The notes below the pieces were generated by a model that saw only the letters and a program-made list of their open reading frames with translations, had not been told where the DNA came from and did not search any database. Below are positions 55,689 to 64,000 of a stretch of DNA of 64,000 nucleotides, one piece after another (position 1 is the first letter of the stretch; each line of letters starts with the position of its first letter). The DNA comes from Candidatus Latescibacterota bacterium (GTDB taxonomy: Bacteria > Latescibacterota > UBA2968 > UBA8231): NCBI GenBank assembly GCA_965217585.1, contig OZ244561.1, forward strand, positions 1,408,001 to 1,472,000. The letters run 5' to 3'. The translations under genes were made by a program, and so were the position numbers.

Positions 55689-56576
55689 ATGAGTACCTCA
55701 GCGCAAACAACGCGCACGCCAAGGCGGAGAGTCCGGGAGTTGGAAGTGGAGGTCGTCCAAGCGCGCCGCGACACCCCAGACACCACTACGCTCTTTATGT
55801 CCGCTGGCGACGAGCCGCTCCAATACGAGGCCGGCCACTTCTGCACCATTGATCCCCATCAATTCGGCGAGTTGGAGCACTTCACCGCCTATTTAGAAGA
55901 TCAAAAGGGGCAGCGGGAAAAGCCGCGGGCCTATTCCATGGCCTCTGCACCGCACGAACAACACCTCGCCATCACGATCAAAGAGGAGCGCTACGAGAGC
56001 GGCGAGACGCCGTACCCGCCGCTGCTGTCGCCGCTGTTGACGTACTACATCCAAGAGGGCCGGCGGCTGGTCATCAGCGGTTTTACCGGGGCTTATACCT
56101 TTCCCGCCGATGTCTACGAGCGCACCGATCACATTGTCCACGTGTGCGCTGGCAGCGGCATCGTGCCCAACAGGAGCCTCATCAAGGAGAGCCTGCACCA
56201 CGGCGACCCGCTTCGGCACACCTTACTGTTTAGCAACAAGACGCGCGGCGACGTCATTTACTTTGAGGAATTCGAGGTGCTGCGGGCGCAGTATCCCGAC
56301 CAGCTCGACGTGATCCACTGCATCACCCGCGAAGACCCAGCCGGCATCCGCGGAGCCCGCAACGGACGCATCTCTGGGGAGCTTTTGCGCGAAATCGCGC
56401 CCGACCCCTCCAAGGTGATGGCCTATAGCTGCGGCCCGGGCATCACGCCCTACGAGCGCCGGGCGGCCCGGGCCAAGGGTGAGACCCCGGAGCCGCGCTT
56501 CGTCGAAAACATGGTCGCGCTCTTGCAGGAGCACGGGCTGGACAAGAAGCAGATCCGGCAGGAGAGCTGGGGTTGA
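55689..56576 (+). CDS. Ferredoxin-NADP reductase-like FAD/NAD(P)-binding oxidoreductase
   Basis: RAYSMAS, CAGSGIVP, FSNKT, SCGP. Confidence 0.85.
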   Translation: MSTSAQTTRTPRRRVRELEVEVVQARRDTPDTTTLFMSAGDEPLQYEAGHFCTIDPHQFGELEHFTAYLEDQKGQREKPRAYSMASAPHEQHLAITIKEERYESGETPYPPLLSPLLTYYIQEGRRLVISGFTGAYTFPADVYERTDHIVHVCAGSGIVPNRSLIKESLHHGDPLRHTLLFSNKTRGDVIYFEEFEVLRAQYPDQLDVIHCITREDPAGIRGARNGRISGELLREIAPDPSKVMAYSCGPGITPYERRAARAKGETPEPRFVENMVALLQEHGLDKKQIRQESWG

Positions 56577-57533
56577 ATGAAGTTGATCGTGCAGATTCCC
56601 TGCTTTGACGAAGAGCAAACCCTGCCCGCTGTAATCCGCGACATCCCGCGCCAAGTGCCCGGCATTGACCAGGTCGAAATTTTGGTCATCGACGACGGCT
56701 CCAGCGACCTCACCAGCGAGGTGGCGCGTGAATGCGGCGCGGATCACGTAATTCGCTTCCCGCACAACCGGGGGCTGGGCCAAGCCTTTAAGGCCGGTTT
56801 TGACGCTTGTCTGCGGCTGGGGGCCGACATTATCGTCAACACCGACGGCGACAACCAGTACTACGGTGGCGATATCGGCAAGCTAGTCGCGCCCATCCTC
56901 GGCGGTCGGGCCGACATGGTCATCGGCGACCGGCAGACGCAGGCCATTGCCCACTTCTCCGCCCTCAAGCGCTACCTACAGAGCTTGGGCAGCCGGGTAA
57001 TTAGCCGCCTCGCCGGCTTACAGGTGCCGGATGTGGCCAGCGGCTTTCGCGCCTTTAGCCGCGAGTGCGCGCTTCAGCTTTCGACCTTTACCAACTTCGA
57101 CCACACGGCCGAGCACGTGATCGAGGCCGGATACAGGAATTTGGCCGTGACCTCTGTCGCGGTCCGCACCAACCCCAAGACGCGCGAGTCGCGCCTCTTT
57201 TCCAACATCGGCAAATTCGTCTTCAAATCCGGGGAAATCAGTTTGCGCACCTATGCGCGCTACGCCGCGCTCAAGATATTTGCCCTATGCGGCATTTTGA
57301 CCTTTGTCGCGGGCTTTTGCCTAGGCGTGCGCTTTCTCTACTTCTTCTTTTTTACCGCCGAAGGAGGGCTGCATGTGCAGTCGCTTATTTTAGCGGCGAT
57401 TCTGCTGTTGGCCGGGTTTCAGATGTTTCTCACCGGCGTCATAGCCGATTTGATCGCCACCAATAGGGACTTGCTTGAAGACGCGTTGCAGCGGGTCAAG
57501 AAGTTGGAATTGCGCGATACGGACATAAAATAA
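56577..57533 (+). CDS. Glycosyltransferase family 2 with two C-terminal TM helices
   Basis: QIPCFDEE, IDDGSSD, NTDGDNQY, SGFRAFSR. Confidence 0.92.
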   Translation: MKLIVQIPCFDEEQTLPAVIRDIPRQVPGIDQVEILVIDDGSSDLTSEVARECGADHVIRFPHNRGLGQAFKAGFDACLRLGADIIVNTDGDNQYYGGDIGKLVAPILGGRADMVIGDRQTQAIAHFSALKRYLQSLGSRVISRLAGLQVPDVASGFRAFSRECALQLSTFTNFDHTAEHVIEAGYRNLAVTSVAVRTNPKTRESRLFSNIGKFVFKSGEISLRTYARYAALKIFALCGILTFVAGFCLGVRFLYFFFFTAEGGLHVQSLILAAILLLAGFQMFLTGVIADLIATNRDLLEDALQRVKKLELRDTDIK

Positions 57534-57540
57534 TTCTCCC

Positions 57541-58488
57541 ATGAAAAAACCTGCGGTTTACATAGACGGCCAAGAGGGGACGACTGGGCTGCGCATTCGC
57601 CAGATGCTAGCCGGGCGCGAGGATGTGGAGGTGTTGCTCATTCCACCGAAGCATCGCCGGGATCGGCGCGTTCGGGCCGAGTTTCTCAACCGCGCGGACT
57701 TGTGCGTGCTCTGCCTGCCCGACGACGCGGCAGCCGAGGCCCTCGCCCTGCTCGAAAACCCGCAGACCAAGGTCATCGACACCAGCACGACGCGGCGGGT
57801 CCACTCCGAATGGATCTATGGACTGCCCGAGATTTCACCCGCGCACAAAGAGCGGATTCGCCGCGCACAAAGAGTCGCCAATTGCGGTTGTTATCCCGTC
57901 GGCTTCATCCTCGCCGTGCGGCCCCTTATCTCGCAGGGATTGCTCCTGCCCACCGCGCCGCTGGCCATCAACGCGGTGTCCGGCTACTCCGGCGGGGGAC
58001 GCCAGATGATCGCCGAATACGAAGGAGAGGACGACCACAAGCCTTTCTGCCTGTACGGCCTCGACGGCGACCACAAGCACCTGCCCGAGATATGGAAATT
58101 CAGCGGGTGCGAAAAACAGCCGCTCTTTGTACCGTCCGTCGATCATTCGTTCTGCGGCATGGTCGTCAGCACGCCGGTGCCCACGGAATTTTTCGCCCGT
58201 CCCCACGTCAATCGCGAAGCAGTGTACGAGGCCTGGCGCGAGTACTACGAGGACTGTCCCTTTGTGAAGTTGGTCGCGCCGCAAGCCGCTGTCCTGCGCG
58301 ACGACAAGTTCCTCGACCTAACGGGGTTGAGCCATACCAACTTCGTCGAGCTATCGGTCTGGGGCGCCCCAGAGCGGGGGCTGGTTTTGGTCGGGCGGCT
58401 CGACAATCTCGGCAAAGGGGCGTCGGGCAATGCCGTGCAGTGCCTCAACTTGATGCTCGGCTGCGACGAAACCGCAGGGCTGCGCTAG
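57541..58488 (+). CDS. argC: N-acetyl-gamma-glutamyl-phosphate reductase (type 2)
   Basis: IDGQEGTTGL, ANCGCYP, SGYSGGG, LDNLGKGASGNAVQ. Confidence 0.93.
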   Translation: MKKPAVYIDGQEGTTGLRIRQMLAGREDVEVLLIPPKHRRDRRVRAEFLNRADLCVLCLPDDAAAEALALLENPQTKVIDTSTTRRVHSEWIYGLPEISPAHKERIRRAQRVANCGCYPVGFILAVRPLISQGLLLPTAPLAINAVSGYSGGGRQMIAEYEGEDDHKPFCLYGLDGDHKHLPEIWKFSGCEKQPLFVPSVDHSFCGMVVSTPVPTEFFARPHVNREAVYEAWREYYEDCPFVKLVAPQAAVLRDDKFLDLTGLSHTNFVELSVWGAPERGLVLVGRLDNLGKGASGNAVQCLNLMLGCDETAGLR

Positions 58489-59238
58489 ATGCTCGTCGAT
58501 AGCCACTGTCATCTCGACCAATTCGCCGATGCCGACGCCGTACTTGCGGCGGCCACACAGGCCGGGGTGGGGCAGGTCGTCGCCGTCAGCGAAAGTGCCA
58601 GTTCCATGCGCACGGTGCTCGCGCTCAAGCAGCGGCACCCGGACCAAGTGCTGGCCGGGCTGGGCTTGCATCCAGCATGGGTCACCCAAGCTACAAGCGC
58701 AGAGCTCGCGGACGCGCTCGCCTATCTGGCGGCCCATCTGCCCGAGGCCGATGTCCTCGGCGAAGTCGGCCTCGACTACAAATGGGCAGCCAGCCCGGAG
58801 CAGCAGGTCCAGCAGCAAGACGTCCTCGCGCAGCAGCTCGACCTAGCGGCTCAATGCGGCAAGCCGATCAACCTGCACTCGCGCCGCGCCCAGCGACAGA
58901 CCTTGGAGCGGGCCGTGGAATTTCGCCGCCGCACCCAGCTCAATGCCCAGCTACACTGGTTCACCCAATCCAAAAAACTCGTGAAGATATGCCGTGCAGA
59001 GCGGATTTACGTATCCGTCGGTCCGTCCGTCCTGTGCGACCCGCAGACCCAAGCCGTGGTCGCGGAGATCGACCGCGAGTTGCTGCTGTTGGAGACGGAC
59101 GCGCCCGTGCCCATCGACGGGGTCCCAGGCCATCCAGTGCGGGTGGCAGCAGTTGCCGCAAAACTAGCCGAACTAACCGGGTTCACCGAGGAGGAGGCCG
59201 CGGCCAATTGGGCGCGCTATTTGGGCAAACTGCCGTGA
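58489..59238 (+). CDS. tatD: TatD-family hydrolase
   Basis: DSHCHL, GLHP, GEVGLDY, LHSR, LETDAP. Confidence 0.9.
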   Translation: MLVDSHCHLDQFADADAVLAAATQAGVGQVVAVSESASSMRTVLALKQRHPDQVLAGLGLHPAWVTQATSAELADALAYLAAHLPEADVLGEVGLDYKWAASPEQQVQQQDVLAQQLDLAAQCGKPINLHSRRAQRQTLERAVEFRRRTQLNAQLHWFTQSKKLVKICRAERIYVSVGPSVLCDPQTQAVVAEIDRELLLLETDAPVPIDGVPGHPVRVAAVAAKLAELTGFTEEEAAANWARYLGKLP

Positions 59239-59321
59239 AAACACGGGTAGACACTAGGGGTTGCGATTTTTCGGCATTACGGGAAATACTATAAAGCGCA
59301 ATTAGGTAAACAGGAGGAACC

Positions 59322-61073
59322 ATGCCAACGAGTATTTTTGTCCTTGCTTGCGCCCTCGTCTTTTGCGGGCTAGCAGGGCCAGCGAGCGCCCAACGAGGCC
59401 TAGGCAGCTTGGAAAGTCTGATCCGGGGCGAAGAAGAAGTCAGACTACAGGCCCTTTCCGCGTCCGACCTACCGGACCTAAATCAGGATTTCATCTCCGA
59501 TAAGGCGCGCCTGCCCGGCAGCTTAGGCGCGGATAAGACGCGCATCGGTCAGGATCGCGATATAGACCCAGACGCGTACATCGTCGGCCCTAACGACGTA
59601 CTTCAGCTTTACATCTGGGGCGAATTTGACCAGCCCTACACCTTGCAGGTCGATCCAGAGGGCTACGTTCTCATCCCCACCGTCGGCTCGTTTCACATTT
59701 CGGGCCTGTCGCTAACCGCAGCCAAAGAGCGTCTCTCAACCGCAGTCCAAAACAAGTATCCTAACGTGGACATCAGTATTTCCCTCGTGAGTATGCGCTT
59801 CTTCACCGCGTACGTCACCGGTGCGGTGCTGAACGAGGGCAGCTTCACCATCCATCCGACCACGCGGGTTTTAGATATAATCAAACAGGCTGGCGGCTTT
59901 AGGGACCGGTTGCAACGGATCGCGTTGCCGGGTCAGGATGCCGGTGGAACCACTAACCGCAACACAGGCCGACGCTCCATCCAACTGATCCACCGCGACG
60001 GCACCAGCGAGCGCGTGGATCTCGATATGTTCCTCGCCACCGGCGACCTCGCGCACAATCCCTACGTGCGCATGGGCGACGTGGTCCACGTCTCGTTCCG
60101 CAAGCATTCGGTGTCCATCTTCGGCGCGGTCAACGAAGAGGGCGAATACGAGTTCCTACCCGGGGACACCCTCGGCGACCTCGTGACATTGGCCAAGGGC
60201 TTAAACCGCTCCAAACCGCTGATCAGCGCCGAGCTCTGGCGCTTTCAGGAGGGAACCGAGCAGGCCGAAGTCATTGAGCTAGGCGGTGCCAAAGAGACGC
60301 TGGAGGAACTGAACTACGAGACCATCCGCCACATTGAGCTGCGCCCCAACGACGCGATCTTTATCCGCGCGCAATCGCTGTGGCAGTCCACGCACACGGT
60401 CGTGATCTCTGGCGAGGTCAGGTTCCAAGGCCGCTACCGCATCGAACCCGGCGTTACCCGCATCAAGGACGTGGTGGCCGCGGCCGGCGGCCTAACCGAT
60501 GAGGCGTCTCTCATCGGTGCCCGAGTAATCCGCACCAAGGTACGGGTCGAGAAAGACCCGCAGCTAGAGCAGCTAAAGAGACAGAGCGAGGTGGCGGGCC
60601 TCACCTACATGAACATCGAGGATCGGGCTTATCTCAAGACCAAAACCCGCGAAGAAAAGGGGCGGATCGCAGTCGATTTCGAGCGGTTGTTTGTGGATGG
60701 CGACGAGGGGCAAAACATCTTGCTCGCCAGCGGCGATGTGATCTTTTTCCCCATGCAGCGGCACACCATCAACGTCAGTGGTCAAGTGCAGCGAGCCGGG
60801 CTGATCGACTACGAGCCAGGCCGCAAAGTGCGCTACTACATAACCAAGGCCGGCGGGTACTTGTACGACGCCGACAAACGCAATGCCCGCCTAGTCCGAG
60901 CGCGCACGGGCGTCCGCGAGAAACTCAAAGACAACCTGCTAGTCGAGGTCGGCGACGAAATATGGGTGCCCCAGAAGGAGCGCATCGATTACTGGGCATT
61001 CACCCAAGAGACTATTCCCACCGTCTTCAATATCCTGACCCTCGCGGCCTTGTTGAAGGGGGCTTTTTTCTAG
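59322..61073 (+). CDS. Polysaccharide export protein with SLBB repeats (Wza/KpsD-like)
   Basis: Signal peptide, YIVGPNDVL, VDPEGYVLIPTVG, repeated GxV...AGG SLBB units. Confidence 0.88.
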   Translation: MPTSIFVLACALVFCGLAGPASAQRGLGSLESLIRGEEEVRLQALSASDLPDLNQDFISDKARLPGSLGADKTRIGQDRDIDPDAYIVGPNDVLQLYIWGEFDQPYTLQVDPEGYVLIPTVGSFHISGLSLTAAKERLSTAVQNKYPNVDISISLVSMRFFTAYVTGAVLNEGSFTIHPTTRVLDIIKQAGGFRDRLQRIALPGQDAGGTTNRNTGRRSIQLIHRDGTSERVDLDMFLATGDLAHNPYVRMGDVVHVSFRKHSVSIFGAVNEEGEYEFLPGDTLGDLVTLAKGLNRSKPLISAELWRFQEGTEQAEVIELGGAKETLEELNYETIRHIELRPNDAIFIRAQSLWQSTHTVVISGEVRFQGRYRIEPGVTRIKDVVAAAGGLTDEASLIGARVIRTKVRVEKDPQLEQLKRQSEVAGLTYMNIEDRAYLKTKTREEKGRIAVDFERLFVDGDEGQNILLASGDVIFFPMQRHTINVSGQVQRAGLIDYEPGRKVRYYITKAGGYLYDADKRNARLVRARTGVREKLKDNLLVEVGDEIWVPQKERIDYWAFTQETIPTVFNILTLAALLKGAFF

Positions 61074-61099
61074 AATAAGAATCCCAAGGAGCACTATTA

Positions 61100-62302
61100 A
61101 TGAATACCCCAAAAAAAGAAATCGACATCATCGATCTGCTAACGGCACTGCACGCGGGCCGATGGCTGATCATCGGCGGCACCTTGGCCATCTGCGTCTT
61201 GGCCGGTGGCCTCAGCTTCCTCTTGCCAAAGGAATACGAGGCCACCGTGCAAATTCTGCCCCCCCGCGAGAAGAAGCAGAGTTTTGGTTTTTCCAGCCTG
61301 CTCTCGTCCTTACCCATACCCGCCTTGCGCCTCGGGGAGAGGGGCACGCCATCTGACATTTCTCTCGCCGCCATCAAGAGCACGACGACGCGGCGGCGGA
61401 TGGTCGAGAAATTTGGCTTGATGCAGCGCTACGAGGCTCGCACCCTGACCGACGCGATTGAGGTCCTCGCCGACAACACCACGGCCGACATGACCGAAGA
61501 GGGCATGCTTAGAGTCTCAGTTCTAGACAAAGACCCGCAAATGGCCGCCGACATGGCCAATTACTACATCGCCCTGCTCGATAGTACCAACAAGCGATTC
61601 TCGCATAAGACTGCCTCCGAGCGCTTGGACTTTATCCGCGGGCTTTTGCAAGAAGAAGATAAAAAGCTAGAGGACAAGATGAAGCGGCTGGAACAGTTCC
61701 AGTCCGAGCACAATGCCATCTCGATCGCGGACCAAGCCCGCGCGGCGATTCTGACTGCCGCCTCAATGCAGACCGCCGCGATAGAGCTCGGAATTGAGCG
61801 TCAAGGGCTTCTTCAATCCGGGCTAGGTCCCAACCACGACAAGATCAAAAAGCTCGAGCGCGAAATTCTACTGCGGCAGGGGACCCTGGCTTTCTTGCGC
61901 GACGGCCCCAACCCCGCCGACAACAGCGTGCTGCAAAACAAATCGCTGCAACTAGAGCTAGACGAAAACCTCTTCCTGCCGCTGAAGCAGATCCCGAGCG
62001 TGGCCCAAGAGTACGCAAACCTCGAAAAGGATGTACTCGTGCAGACGTCCCTTTTGCTGGTCCTGCTGCAACAGGAGGCTCAATCCCTGATTGAGGCCAA
62101 AGACGCCACTTCGACCGTGCAGATACTCGACCCGGCCACTCCGCCCGAAGTCAAGGCCAAGCCCCAGCGCGTGCTGATCGTATTTATCGCCGGCTTACTC
62201 AGCCTCATCGCCTCATTCTCCTATGTGCTGGGGGCGGTGTACATGCGGGACCTTCAACAGCGCTGGCGCGAGCGGCGCGAGACGACGCCTGAAGTTCTAT
62301 GA
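61100..62302 (+). CDS. Wzz/GumC-type polysaccharide co-polymerase
   Basis: EIDIIDLL, two TM segments, coiled coil, ILDPATPPE...KP. Confidence 0.85.
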   Translation: MNTPKKEIDIIDLLTALHAGRWLIIGGTLAICVLAGGLSFLLPKEYEATVQILPPREKKQSFGFSSLLSSLPIPALRLGERGTPSDISLAAIKSTTTRRRMVEKFGLMQRYEARTLTDAIEVLADNTTADMTEEGMLRVSVLDKDPQMAADMANYYIALLDSTNKRFSHKTASERLDFIRGLLQEEDKKLEDKMKRLEQFQSEHNAISIADQARAAILTAASMQTAAIELGIERQGLLQSGLGPNHDKIKKLEREILLRQGTLAFLRDGPNPADNSVLQNKSLQLELDENLFLPLKQIPSVAQEYANLEKDVLVQTSLLLVLLQQEAQSLIEAKDATSTVQILDPATPPEVKAKPQRVLIVFIAGLLSLIASFSYVLGAVYMRDLQQRWRERRETTPEVL

Positions 62303-62739
62303 CTATTCAAGTAAAGGTGATCAACAAGGGGGGCCAACCACTGCCCACCTATGAGACAGCACACAGTGCGGGCCTCGACTTGCGCGCCGCTTTATCAGCA
62401 GCAGTGGTCTTAGCGCCCGGCGAGCGCGGCCTCATTCCTACGGGCCTGTTTCTCGAAATTCCCCCAGGCTACGAGGCACAGATCAGGCCGCGCAGTGGCT
62501 TGGCCCTCAAGCGCGGTCTGACGCTGCTCAACGCCCCGGGCACAATCGATGCCGACTACCGAGGCGAAGTCGGCGTCATCATGATCAACCTTTCGGCCGA
62601 AGAGCAGCACATCGGCCCAGGCGACCGCATCGCCCAACTCATTTTCGCGCCGGTGACGCGCGGCGAATGGATCGAGGTCGAGACGCTCGCCGAAACGGAG
62701 CGCGGCAGCGGCGGCTTTGGCTCGACAGGGGCGCACTGA
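62299..62739 (+). CDS. dut: dUTP diphosphatase
   Basis: SAGLDL, RPRSGLA, GTIDADYRGE, RIAQ, RGSGGFGSTG. Confidence 0.97.
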   Translation: MTIQVKVINKGGQPLPTYETAHSAGLDLRAALSAAVVLAPGERGLIPTGLFLEIPPGYEAQIRPRSGLALKRGLTLLNAPGTIDADYRGEVGVIMINLSAEEQHIGPGDRIAQLIFAPVTRGEWIEVETLAETERGSGGFGSTGAH

Positions 62740-62757
62740 AATTATTCAGAAGTGGGT

Positions 62758-62805
62758 AAAAAAAAGAAAGGGGCCGGTACTCCTGTTGGAGTACCGGCCC
62801 TTTCT
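62758..62805. terminator. Terminator hairpin between convergent dut and moaD-like genes
   Basis: GGGCCGGTACTCC-TGTT-GGAGTACCGGCCC with an A run on the left and TTTCT on the right. Confidence 0.85.
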
Positions 62806-62825
62806 GTTGTATCCGTTACGGCTGC

Positions 62826-63095
62826 TTAACTCGCGCCCCCCGATATGGCGGGCAAGAAGTGAACCTCGCTTTGCGGCCCCACCTTGGCCCTCAGCCCGGC
62901 GGCGACCACTTCGCCATCAACGGCGACGGCGATCTCGGTCTTGATGCGGTCGCCATCGATAATCCGCTCCTTAAAGCCAGGGTAGCGGGCGTCGAGTGCG
63001 GCAACGACCTCGCGCACAGTCGCACCCTCTACCTCTACTTGCTGCTGGCCAGCGGTCAGCTTCTGCATCAGCGAGGGAATCCAAGCTACGGGCAC
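62826..63095 (-). CDS. MoaD/ThiS-family sulfur carrier
   Basis: VEGATVREV...PAISGG-AS. Confidence 0.88.
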   Translation of the reverse strand: MPVAWIPSLMQKLTAGQQQVEVEGATVREVVAALDARYPGFKERIIDGDRIKTEIAVAVDGEVVAAGLRAKVGPQSEVHFLPAISGGAS

Positions 63096-63100
63096 GGCTT

Positions 63101-64000
63101 TTAGCTACTCCCTGTCAACGCGGCGACAATGCGGTCGGGCTTCATGGGCAATTCCTGCGGACGCACGCCAACGGCATCCCCAATGGCGGCGGCGATGGCG
63201 GCGGGCGGCGGGGCGATGTTGGCCTCGCCAACGCCGCGCACTCCGTAGGGATGGCCCGGATTGGGGACCTCGACGATGATGGTCTCAATCATCGGCAGGT
63301 CGAGGCTGGTCGGGATCCGGTAGTCGAGATAGCTGGAGTTGTCGAGGTGGCCGTCTGGATTGTAGAAGTACTCCTCGTTGAGCGCCCAACCAATGCCTTG
63401 GGCCGAGCCGCCCTGCATCTGGCCCTCGACGTACGCCGGGTGAATGGCCCGCCCGGCGTCTTGGACGACCGTAAAGCGCACAATCTCGACCTTACCGGTA
63501 TCGGGGTCCACTTCGACATCGGCGATATTGGCCGCAAAGGAGCCGCCGACGCCCGAGTCTGGATCCACGGAGGCGCGGCCAATGACGGGGCCGCCGGTCT
63601 CTTCGAGCCGGCCAGCCAATTCCTTAAAGGTCAGCGCGTTATCGCCGGAACGGAAGACGCCATCGTCAAACTCGACTTGGCTTACTTCGACCTCCCAAAG
63701 CTGGGCCGCGCGCTCGCAGAGCTGATCCCGCACGTCGAGGGCGGCCTTGTACGCGGCCCAACCGGTGGCGTACGTCACGCGGCTGCCGCCGGTTACGTCC
63801 GTGTGGCCAATCGAGTCCGTGTCGGCCACCTGCGGTTTGACGTCTTCGGCCCGCAGGCCCAAGGTCTCGGCAAACTGCATGGCGATCGACGTGCGCGTGC
63901 CACCGATGTCGGTCGAACCCTCGACTAAGTTGACCGTGCCGTCTGCATTGACGCTGGCCGTGCAGGAGGACTTAAGCCCGACGTTGAACCAATAGCCGAC
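63101..64000 (-). CDS. Xanthine dehydrogenase family molybdopterin-binding subunit (3' part; runs off the window)
   Basis: TGGSRVT, EVDPDTG, VEGQMQGGSAQGIG, GVRGVGE. Confidence 0.92.
   Translation of the reverse strand, partial: VGYWFNVGLKSSCTASVNADGTVNLVEGSTDIGGTRTSIAMQFAETLGLRAEDVKPQVADTDSIGHTDVTGGSRVTYATGWAAYKAALDVRDQLCERAAQLWEVEVSQVEFDDGVFRSGDNALTFKELAGRLEETGGPVIGRASVDPDSGVGGSFAANIADVEVDPDTGKVEIVRFTVVQDAGRAIHPAYVEGQMQGGSAQGIGWALNEEYFYNPDGHLDNSSYLDYRIPTSLDLPMIETIIVEVPNPGHPYGVRGVGEANIAPPPAAIAAAIGDAVGVRPQELPMKPDRIVAALTGSS

Noticed and set aside
1-64000. CRISPR array, tRNA, rRNA, prophage, integron
   Set aside because: No regularly spaced repeats, cloverleaf with T-loop, phage structural genes or integrase were seen by eye.

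Overview
GC-rich bacterial chromosome segment whose gene mix (PhyH dioxygenases, sulfatase, Gfo/Idh/MocA, DMFase-like) suggests an uncultured heterotroph; the taxon cannot be assigned from sequence alone. Housekeeping genes (murB, glcF, cysH, murD, argC, tatD, dut) and two ABC-transporter operons are interrupted by lower-GC accessory inserts. (1) 1-11.9 kb: type I RM locus (hsdR, Fic, an HsdM-HsdS fusion split by an intact IS5-family element), a 1191-aa PIN-domain protein and TA genes. (2) 24.2-29.3 kb: a coupled four-gene operon encoding a DNA amino-methyltransferase, a MORC/GHKL ATPase-histidine kinase fusion, a receiver-domain protein and a ComEC-like metallo-beta-lactamase; this is the best candidate for an uncharacterised system. 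(3) 32.8-34.7 kb: an AAA/DUF4143 gene plus two MITEs inserted at a stop/start junction. (4) 44.7-50.1 kb: a Menshen-like trio followed by an unusual SSB-like OB-fold-DarT fusion with its NADAR antitoxin. Not shown intact by the ORF track: two probable selenoproteins (ArsC-like UxxC and a DUF5069-like protein) and a promoter-anchored structured RNA at about 38.0-38.2 kb. No CRISPR array, tRNA or rRNA was seen. All family assignments come from recognising motifs by eye, not from database searches.
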